Source: Nemertoderma westbladi
Taxonomy: Eukaryota > Animalia > Xenacoelomorpha
Length of the DNA: 33,834 nucleotides
Assembly: GCA_032718475.1 (NCBI GenBank)
Contig: JAUCBJ010001633.1
Coordinates: 1-33,834, forward strand
Direction: 5' to 3'
In this document: positions 20,916-30,500 of the stretch, in pieces
Position numbering within the stretch: the stretch's first letter is position 1
Layout: every line of letters starts with the position of its first letter
Translations under genes and position numbers: made by a program
The notes under the pieces: model-generated
What the model was told of the DNA's origin: nothing
Database searches by the model: none
What the model saw: the letters and a program-made list of their open reading frames with translations, nothing else

Positions 20916-22750
20916 ATGGGTAAAGAATTTGTCAGAGAAATACCCATCAAACATTTATTAGTCGAAAGGAATCGATCCTTGGAAACACCGACGGAAAGAT
21001 TCCTTGAGCTGCAGTTACTTCCAAGTGACTTCTTATTGAGAGATTTTCCATCTACTCCGTTAAATATTGATAACCTCAATGCTGACATGAACGCAGCTGG
21101 AACATTAGATAGTGACGATATAACCACTCTGATAAACGGCTTGCGCTACGGTGTTGAAATTGGATACAGAGGTCCACGAGATTGTCAGGTGACGAGAGGG
21201 AATAATAACAGCGCCCTTGATAACGCAATTATAGTCGACGACTTGCTTGTCAATGAAGTCAATAACGGTTACCTACGAGGACCTTTTCGCAAACGCCCTT
21301 TGACAAGCAAAACCCAGGTGCTACAGATCGTTAACGCATTGACTCTCAGCCTCACTGAAGGTAAAAAGCCGCGATTATGCGTTGATTGTACCAATGATTC
21401 TAATGGGACTGTTAACAGTTTCATAACCGACGAGGATGCGACCGTTGAATATACAACTGTTGACAACATAGTGAAGGGTGTTCAAGTGTGTGGGAGGGGC
21501 GCACTCATCGGGAAAATGGACGTTAAAGACGCCTTTAAAACCCTACCACTTTCTATGTCAGACTGGACACTATTTGGGATACGTTGGCGAAGCCTATTTT
21601 TCGTTTATGTGAAACTGGTGTTTGGACTTCGAAGTGCGAGTAGGATTTTTCAGAATTATAGTACTGCTATAAGGTTGTCATTAGAAGGTCACCTAGCTTC
21701 TGTCCCCTGTCCAGAGGTGTTCGGATGTGATTTAAATACGGATAAAAAAATAGTATTTTGCAACGAACTGTGCCATCTAGATTCTTTGCTAGATGACACA
21801 ATCGTAATAACAATAGCGCATATTGGAATAGCTAGTTTCATTTTTCAAACTGTATTATATCGATTCCAATTTTATGGCATTCCGTTGAACAGCGGTAAGA
21901 CTTTCTATCCCAACAACAGACAAGTTGTATTTGGAATAGGCATCGACACTTTAACTCAGATATTTTTCGTGCCAGAAGATAAAAGAATAAGGGCTATGCA
22001 GCAAATCGATGAAATTGATAAAATTTCACCAGGTGACTTGGTTGAAAAATCCTTGATACAGTCGTCTATTGGAAGACTCTCATTCATTAGCAAAGCTATT
22101 TGTGCAGGTGAGTATTTTTAAGACATTTAATAGATCTGCTGTGCGTCCCGCAGACGCAAAAACTAGTGGAATTTTCTAGTGAAGTCAAGGAAGACTTAAA
22201 GTTCTGGAGGGAAGCACTAGAATACTTGGAGGCCGGAGGGGCACCTCTTCATAATCCAACGATTTTAATGCCTTCAACACATGAGTTAGCTACCGATGCC
22301 ACATTAACTGCTATAGGTGCGGTATGTGGGACCCAGTGGTTTAGCTTGGTTTTCCCAGAATGGTTACAGGCGACGGAGAATAACATTGCGTTCAAGGAAC
22401 TCACAGCTGTAATATTAGCAATTACGGTTTGGGGGAGCCAATTTTGTGGTCAAAGGTTGTTGTTACACACAGACAATCAGACTAATATTGGAGCATTGGC
22501 CAAAGGTAGTACATCGTGCAGGCCGCTAATGGCACTCATAAGATACATGTATTACCACTGCATGAAATATGGAATTATGGTGTACATCAACTACGTGAAT
22601 ACACACGACAACCGCGCACCTGATTTACTTAGCAGGTTAAAAATAGACGTTTTCAAGGCTGAATTCTCAAACATGACAGAGAGACCAACTGATGCTCTAT
22701 CGCCGTGGTCTGAAATATCGGAATTTGTCAAAGATGCATGTTTTTTATAA
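20916..22750 (+). pseudogene. Ngaro-like pol: reverse transcriptase + RNase H, single frameshift at ~22110
   Basis: ACCATGG start at 20916. INGLRYGVEIGY, GYLRGPF, KPRLCVD, VNSFI, KMDVKDAFKTLP, LVFGLRSASRIF, LLDD, FGIGIDT. RNase H ATDAT, IAFKEL, HTDN, DNRAPDLLSR. Adding one base at ~22110 restores G-x-VFLRHLIDLL and fuses track ORFs 20823-22121 and 22166-22750. Confidence 0.9.
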
Positions 22751-23022
22751 GAAACAATTCATTAAAACGATACAAATTATTAACGAAAGATCCGTTAGAA
22801 ATGCATGTTGCTTTTTTGTTATTTTTTTTTTTTTTACATATATAAGAAACTATATATTTCATTTAAAATGATAGTATGTATGAGAATTACAAGCAATATT
22901 TCACTGATACAACATAAAAATTGGTTTATTATTATATATTATATATATTATAAAAGTACGATATTGGAATATCATACATTGATTAATAAAAGTTTCCAAT
23001 GATATACACCGAGTTAAATTAA

Positions 23023-23913
23023 TCAGAATTTTGACAGCAACCTCTGGGCATCCAACACATCCTTGTCATGTGGTCTCACATAGATCATATAACAGTCACT
23101 ACTCCAACGGCCGAGTTTTTTAATCAGCCCGGTGGATACGCCGTGTCTTGCTGCTTCTGTGGCAAGGCCTGCCCGTAGACTATGACTACTGTACTCCATT
23201 CCAAGATACTTATGTATAACAGTGTTTACATCCTGTTCGCGTAGCCTGTGCCCAGAAGGACTTATAAAAAGGGGTGCGTTGGCTGTAGCAATAAGGTCAC
23301 GATAGGACAAGTACCGCTGCAGGGCTCTATATGGGCATATCAGGTTGCCAATTTTTGCAACAGGGCATTTGATGCTCGAGTGAGTTGTTTTTGTCTGCTT
23401 CAATACTATGACAAAATGGCGAGGATACATTTGCACATCATCGCGCTTCAAACGTACTAATTCAGAGACACGCAGTGCGGCATAAAATTCCAGAAATAAA
23501 TAAGCGCACATAAAATGAAATTCCAATCCAGAAACATTTGTGTCAGAACTAATTAGGCGCTTAAGTTTTACCATCATGCCTATCGTCACTGGAGGGCGGC
23601 GCAATACGTCATCTGAAATATTCGCGTATCCACGCAGCAAAGATCTAATCTTTGAACCAGTTACACACACTTTGACACCATTGGTTTGTGCAAAGCTTTT
23701 TATACCCGAGACCATACTTCGCACAGAAGCAGAAGAATATTTGCTAATATACGTCGAAGCAATGAAAGTTTCTAGAGAACGATCAGTGACAGGGGTTGGT
23801 GATAAGCAGTGCAGTAGACAGCACGCCACATATTTACTCCACCATGCATTATATTTCTGGCGAGTTGAATCACGTAGACTGTTGTCATAAAGTGTATCCA
23901 GAATTAAATTCAT
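23023..23913 (-). CDS. Tyrosine recombinase of DIRS/Ngaro type, intact (296 aa)
   Basis: N-terminal STRQKY core-binding region. Catalytic set LRVSEL (R), KQTKT (K), HSLRAG (HxxR), LGRWSS (W), YMIYVR (Y). ICPYRAL motif. Confidence 0.95.
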   Translation of the reverse strand: MNLILDTLYDNSLRDSTRQKYNAWWSKYVACCLLHCLSPTPVTDRSLETFIASTYISKYSSASVRSMVSGIKSFAQTNGVKVCVTGSKIRSLLRGYANISDDVLRRPPVTIGMMVKLKRLISSDTNVSGLEFHFMCAYLFLEFYAALRVSELVRLKRDDVQMYPRHFVIVLKQTKTTHSSIKCPVAKIGNLICPYRALQRYLSYRDLIATANAPLFISPSGHRLREQDVNTVIHKYLGMEYSSHSLRAGLATEAARHGVSTGLIKKLGRWSSDCYMIYVRPHDKDVLDAQRLLSKF

Positions 23914-24796
23914 TTTTCAATATATTCATTCGCTAACATAGTAAAGGTACACCCATCTGATTTTCGCAAAAAGCAAAGCTAAGCAATTGCAAAAAGCAAC
24001 TTTATTTTCTTCTTTGGGGTTTGGGGATTTCGGTTTTCTTAGCCCGATATTTGACATATATTAATCCTTGTATTTAGATCAAAGGAACGGACATCCTACG
24101 CTAATTTCATTCTGAACATAACCATTTGTTTGGATTACAGACGACTTCAGACACATATACTTATTCATAACAATATTATTTGCAGAAATAATCCCGGCAG
24201 CATTTGTTGATATTTAGGATTTAAAATAAGTCTTGCATAGTAATAGGTGCCCGTGGGTTATTGCGACTTGCAACTTAATTTCATCCCAAGGCAATTTACA
24301 TCTTGCCCCACAACGACATATCATTCCAGACAATTTGTCGCCGAGTCCTTCGACTCAGCCATATACTTACTATAGATACCGAAACTAAACTCTTTGTTTA
24401 ACCTACTTAGTCGCGAACGATTACGGAGCTGACAACAACAGACGGCATTCACTCGGATCACAGTAGACAGCAACTACTAGCAGTGAAACAAGAATTGTAA
24501 AAACACTTTAGCGATACTTGTTATTCCCGTTCTCTTTGAAAAGCATTACTTAATTTATTTAGGATAAAGCCACCCAGCGGGAGCAGAGAGTATTACATCT
24601 CTGATAATAGCCAAATTATTTGCCGTAAATAGAATATCTTCTTTGGTGTCTAGCTAGCTATATTTATTTTAATTACAAAAAAAAATTTTTCTACAAACAA
24701 ACAATTGCACAGATACCCATCACCAAGATACAATGAAACTTTTAAAACTTATTTGTAAGGAGCACAAAATTTTGAAAATTTTTAGTTTAAAGCGCT

Positions 24797-27264
24797 CTAG
24801 ACGCAAGGTAGCCCAGCACCGTCATCCTGCCCTAGGCCGCTCCTCCACTTCACCCTGGATCCCCGAAGGCAGTGGGTGGGGCTGCGGATGACCGCCAGCT
24901 GGATGCGGGTTCGAACCCAGCCCATGGTGACGCTGTAAGGACGCCCCCATGACCGATGAAGCCGGTCAGCCACCACGCGAAGCAGGTGATTTGCCTGAGG
25001 AGCGAGTACTCCGCAGCAGGACGCAACGAAAGGTGAAAAGTCACCTCTTCGAGCAGTAACTGCGTCTGCACAGAGCCGCCTCTTCTCGTCTTCGGCAGAC
25101 ACTAGTATTGACATCGGGGCGCGACCCACATAAGACTCGGCGTCAAGGTTTACAACCCAGATGTCTATCAACGCCTGAGTCTGTGGGTTTAGTGCGCCCC
25201 GGATGCCCACGTCACATCGAAGACCAGCTGCTCCCTCCTCCCCCCTGCTGCTCCCGGACTATTGGCTCACGCACCACGTTACGCGGTCCAAATGCGAGCG
25301 CGGCGAGATCCCCGAAAACATCCCGCAGTTCGTTATGGCGTTGGATGACAAGGCCACCTTTTTTACAATTTAAACCGTGGTTTAAATCAAAGGCAGCCCC
25401 ACACCCATCGCACCTGCTCGGAACTGCCGCCAAGGGGCGACCATAGCGGATCGCCAGGGCGTCCCGGAACTCCTGTGGGGACAAGTCTAGGTGGTGGTCG
25501 GCTAGCGGGACAGCAGAAATCCACCCGCTCCTGATCCCGCACCTGAAGGCACCTGATCCTCTCCGAACGCGCGTTGGCTATGTTGTGGCGCAACCCAGAC
25601 ACGAAGGCCGTCGCTTCCTCCGCCAACGTCGCAACTACGTCACGGCCCACTGCACCCCCTGGTAGTCTGTATTTGGAACCGCAGAGCTGAGTCGCCCGTC
25701 TCCACTGATGGAGCAGGCAGTCCGGCGCGGCCCCCTTCCCTACCAGTGGGGCCCCATATGCCCTTGTCATTAGGTCATGAGGGTCGGTGTTCCTTCGGGG
25801 CTCCCCACCTGTGCTCCACTGGTTGCTGAACACAGTTCCGTCCGTAGCAACTTGCGGCTGTCTCACGGTTTGCAAACCGACAGGCGGACCCGTGGGTACA
25901 GACAAGCCAACAGACGGACATGTGGGGACAGACAATCTGACAGGCGGACCCGTGGGGACAGACAAACCGACAGGCGGACCCATGGGGACAGACAAACCGA
26001 CCGCCGGACCCATGGGGACAGACAAACCAGCAGGCAGACCCGTGGGGACAGACAAACCGACAGGTGGGCCCGTGGGGACAGACAAACCGGCAGGAGGACC
26101 TGAGGGAACAGACAAATCGACAGGCGGACCCATGGGGACAGACAACCCGCCAGGCGGACCCGTGGGGACAGACGAACCGACAGGTGAACCCGTGGGGACA
26201 AACAAACCGACAGGCAGACCCGAGGGGACAGAAAAACCGACCGCCGGACCCGTGGGGACAGACAAACCAACAGGCGGACCTGTGGGGACAGACAAACCGA
26301 CAGGTGGGCCCGTGGGGACAGACAAACCGGCAGGAGGACCTGAGGGAACAGACAAATCGACAGGTGGACCCATGGGGACAGACAACCCGCCAGGCGGACC
26401 AGTGGGGACAGGCCAACCGACAGAAGGACCCGTGGCGACAGACAGACCGACAGGTGGACCCGTGGGGACAGACGAACCGACAGGCGGACCGGGTGGGACA
26501 GACAAAGTGACAGCCAAACCCGTGGGGACAGACTGGCCGACAGGCGAACCCGTGGGGATAGACAATACGACGGGCGGACCCGTGGGGACAGACGAACCGA
26601 CAGGTGAACCCGTGGGGACAAACAAACCGACAGGCAGACCCGAGGGGACAGAAAAACCGACCGCCGGACCCGTGGGGACAGACAAACCAACAGGCGGACC
26701 TGTGGGGAGGGACAAGCCGACATGCGGACCCGTGGGGACAGACAAACCGACCAGCGGACCCGTGGGAACAGACAAGCCGACAGGCGGACCCGTGGGGAGA
26801 GACAAACCGACAGGCGGACCCATGGGGACAGAAAAACCGACGGGCGGACCGGTGGGGGCGGACAGACCGACGGGCGGACCCGTGGGGACAGATAAACCGA
26901 CCACCGGGACCGACATACTGACACGGTAAGGGGAACGGCGTGTCACCAACGTGTCGCTCAGCGAGTGAAAAGAACAATCGCTGTCGGACCGGTCCGACAA
27001 TGTATCGTCAAGGGAGTCGTCCCCCCTCCCCAACTCAGAAGGAAGCGGCTGGGAAATGGACGCAATCGCTGATGCCGGCCCGTCTCATTGTCCATCAATG
27101 ATCGGGGTGGGTTGAGGGGTTGTCGGCGAACCGACTCCGCCGTTCAGGCACCGTCTCCGCTTGCCGGGAATGCAGTCCCAGCATTCTCGGCCTGCCCTTA
27201 CGCAGGGGCACCACGCACCGCGCTTACAAGTGCCGTTAATACCGCATCTGCAGCATGAGGGCAT
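24797..27264 (-). pseudogene. CRE-like ORF remnant: Cys-rich N-terminus, decapeptide repeat, CCHC knuckle, RLE; no RT
   Basis: ATG at 27264 gives MPSCCRCGINGTCKRGAWCPCVRAGRECWDCIPGKRRRCLN. In-frame TGA at 27085-27087, then continues into track ORF 25387-27033. YRLPGGAVGR, then shifted frames GWISAVPL..EFRDALAIRYG, CDGC..H.LNCKKGG..RHNELRD, LRCDVGIRG, AEDEKRR, CLRGSR. Confidence 0.85.
25873..26910. repeat. 30-bp coding minisatellite, ~34 copies (PTGPPVGLSV on the minus strand)
   Basis: CGTGGGGACAGACAAACCGACAGGCGGACC consensus with a strict 30-bp period. Block duplications at 240-bp and 420-bp offsets. Confidence 0.97.
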
Positions 27265-27533
27265 CCCTGTGATGGTCGATCGCTAACAGTGTCCGCAAGC
27301 CACAAACGTTCTGGGTTGTCAGCAATGTCAAACGCCGTAATGGTGGCCTCCTCAGTCTGGCTGTCGGCACTATCAAAGGTGCTATACTGACCTACAGTGG
27401 CTAGGTAGTCTACATACAACATAACATAATCTTCTTTGGTGTTGATTATTTATTTTGCAGAACAAATATGTAGTTAATACGTCTTTATAGTTGCAACATA
27501 CTATTTGTGCATAGATTATATTAACTTGCCATC

Positions 27534-30500
27534 ATGTCGGAGTCAGATATTAACACTGAACCTTTTGTTCACCACCCATCAGTCACAGCTGTCCCCCATA
27601 CTAGCATTTCCCCTTCCATTGACCAGGTTGCACCGCCGGTTCCCAGCAAGAAATCTTGGGAAGGTCCCACATCAGAACTAGGCAATATACAGGAGGGATT
27701 GTAAACAATTTAAATGTAGATCCACCCATAGTTAGTGTTGTACAAACTGGAGTGAGCTCACCATCACTACTAGTAATGAACACATCCCCCATTATGTTTG
27801 CCCCCTTCCCCAACAGCAAGGAGGAATTGCATCCCCCGTTTAGTAACACCCTTTCGCAGGACATTGCAGATGAAACAATACCTGTTCACCCGCAAGCAAG
27901 ACTAGCTTACTTGCTGGAGGAGATTGACAGTTAGTGGGAGAAAGTGGCAACCGGAACTGTAGCTTCTGAACAAGAGGTTTATGGGGAAGAATTACACTAC
28001 CTAATAAACTTATATCATGCCCACCCAGAACTTCATAAGTGCTTTAGGTTTAATGATATGGCATGGGCAGATCTATACCAACTCAAAGTTCCCCAGGTTC
28101 CATGCAGCACAGAGGAACTATCCGCTTTAGATTATGGCCATGTAGCTGAGTTCAATCGGCATATAGGGACCCTCACGCATGAGTTACAGACCGTGCAGAC
28201 TGACCCCAGGACAAACCAAGCTGCATATTTCGAGGTTAAGGAAATAGTTTGCAGAATCAGGCTAGTTTTATCCGCCTTTTGGGAAGTAGCTAGTAGACAC
28301 CAGGAAGCAGAGCTTGCTTCCATAGTCATCAGACAGTTAGTGGAAGTAGCGGTAACTGCAGGAAAGGCACTTGCACTCGAAAGGCTGCATGGGCTGACCA
28401 TTCCCCCAGGTGCGGACATAGACTGTTCGGGCACCATAGTGCAGGGTAACCTAAACACCGACTCAGAAGCTTCCAGAGAAGGTGAGGACATGAATGCAAT
28501 ATCACGGCACCTACAGCCTTACATAGCTGTGGTAGGAGAGGCTGAACTGCGTAGGAGGTTAAAGGGTTTGGCCACCTCCAGCCCTGAATCAATGTCAGTT
28601 CTAGATGAGGTAGACGCTGAGCGTGATAGATGGGCACAAGTGGAGGAGCATGCGGCTGATAAGGAAATCTTAGAAATCGAGTTACAGTTAAACAGAAACC
28701 AGATACGTAATAAAGCCGAACAGCAGGAAAACGAGCGCATGGAAGCTGATATAGCTCTACGAAACAAAATAGCGCTAAAAAGATTGAGTGAAAATCAGAG
28801 TAAGGAAAGGGTAGGTTCAAACAGAGGAAGATATAGGCTGTATAAAGGGACTTATGCTTCGTCGGATGAGGGAAACTCCATCGACTCTAGTGAAAGTGGT
28901 AGCCACTCTCGAAGGAAGCAGACGAAAGAGAGCTGTTAGAGTGGCGCTGTCAGACATGCCTCCATATAATAGAGACAGGATACACCCAAAGCAGACGGAT
29001 TTGGATCATCCAAGACCACTGGTTTTGCGGCGCCCCCCTGGGTAGGTTACAGGAAGAAGATGAGCCAAACGACCCCGGGTTTGAGATCTAGATAGATCCG
29101 CGGGAACAGGTACCACCTCGGTTGGTTGCAGCCCCATTGCGTGGTACATCAGACGAGCAGATCGATCCAGTAGTAGCCCCACACCCGACCATAACAGCAA
29201 CCCCCTACTGCAATAGAGATCCAGCAGTAGGGGCCCTACTTATAACTAAGGAGATACCCAGTGAAGCCCCAATCTCAAACAATACCTCTCGTATAGCTTG
29301 TCTAGAACCCCCCTGACCTAACTACCTGTCTAGTACCTTAGCCAGCACAAAGGACAATAGAATGTCATTTGGCGCTGGAATATCCCCAATCACCAGCTTG
29401 GGAGAAAATTCCAAGGTACCACATACGTTACCCCATGGTAACGAAGGAGGAAACCCTAATAATTGGACATCTAGGAATGAATGAATCCCCGCTCGATGAT
29501 ATATTACAACCATCAAAATCAACTGGATGATAGGCACCTGGCGCCCGGATCGACCCACTTAGCCGCAAAAGCATCGGCGCAAGTGGGGACCAAGCATCCG
29601 GGACCAGGAACGCCGTTATCATCTGGCGGATGGATATCAGTCCCCCCTGACGGGCAAAGGGAACTCTACAAGTGGAGTCAGGTTTGCACCTGACATCCCA
29701 GGTGAAGCATTCCCCTTAGGTGACCCTCCTTCACCTTCAGAGGCTTATGCGCCCCCATTAGATCCCAGCCTACATAACGATCACCGTTATATACAAAATA
29801 TCAGGCAACCCAGATGCCCGAACAACGACGACTCTCGAGAAATCATTGATTCTTTATTACAAAGAAATGATTCCTTGTCACAAAAAAACGATTCTTTATT
29901 ACAAATAACTGATGACTTAGAGCGACAAATGGCCTTGATACAAGACCATCTCACCCTGACCAATAAGAAAGTCGACTCATAAGCAGTGTCGCAGGGTGTA
30001 AAAATTTTGAAGCGTGCCTCCGATGTGAGTGGTATTCATGCCGAGAATACAGTACATCAGAACGACCAAAGCTCATATCTAACCGACCTTGTACTAAATT
30101 CTTCAGCAGTCCAAACCGACCTTACCCAGCATATGGCTAGAAACGAAGCTCGACAGTGCGTCTCCTCAGGTCAAATTTTAAAATTTGATGGTGACAAACT
30201 GAAATGGTTACCCTTTGCAGAGTTCTGCAAGGACAGTATTCTAGAATCGCCATTAGGTGAACGTGAGAAGCTTAGATACATAATTAGTGGCCTGGAAGGA
30301 CCCCCTAAACAGATGGCTGCAAAATATGTGGGCCATGTAGACGGCATCAGTACTGTTTGGGATACTCTAAAGGAGCGGTATGGCAATGAAGAAAGCTTGG
30401 CACGCAACATGTACGATAGATTAATCTCTAAAAATAGATCCACAGTTTAGATATGAAGTAGATGAAATTTGTCGCCAGCTTGATTGGCTAGGACAGAAAC

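Larger units (their letters stand above)
17522..24050 (+). mobile_element. Tyrosine-recombinase retrotransposon (DIRS order, Ngaro-like) with antisense YR; termini unresolved
   Basis: gag (+), RT-RNase H (+) and YR (-), all of DIRS/Ngaro type and adjacent. No integrase, protease or methyltransferase. No split direct repeats or ITRs found by eye, so the boundaries are approximate. Confidence 0.85.
24650..27428 (-). mobile_element. CRE-like RLE non-LTR retrotransposon, both ends present, RT domain deleted, 14-bp TSD
   Basis: ATCTTCTTTGGTGT at 24636-24649 and 27429-27442. The minus-strand 3' end has AATAAA then TAGCTAGCTAG. GC-rich body. Confidence 0.88.

Noticed and set aside
23023-23913. Bacterial or phage XerC/XerD integrase (contamination or HGT)
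   Set aside because: The LGRWSS..Y..Y.R and CP motifs and adjacency to DIRS-type RT/RNase H fit a eukaryotic YR retroelement. No prokaryotic genes nearby.
16436-24640. Split direct repeats or ITR/ICR for the YR element
   Set aside because: Only short AT-rich matches were found by eye. A self dot-plot is needed to exclude them properly.
25775-26977. Long Cys/His-rich, collagen-like or SPR-repeat ORFs in alternative frames
   Set aside because: By-products of a stop-free 30-bp repeat. Only the PTGPPVGLSV frame is continuous with recognisable LINE motifs.
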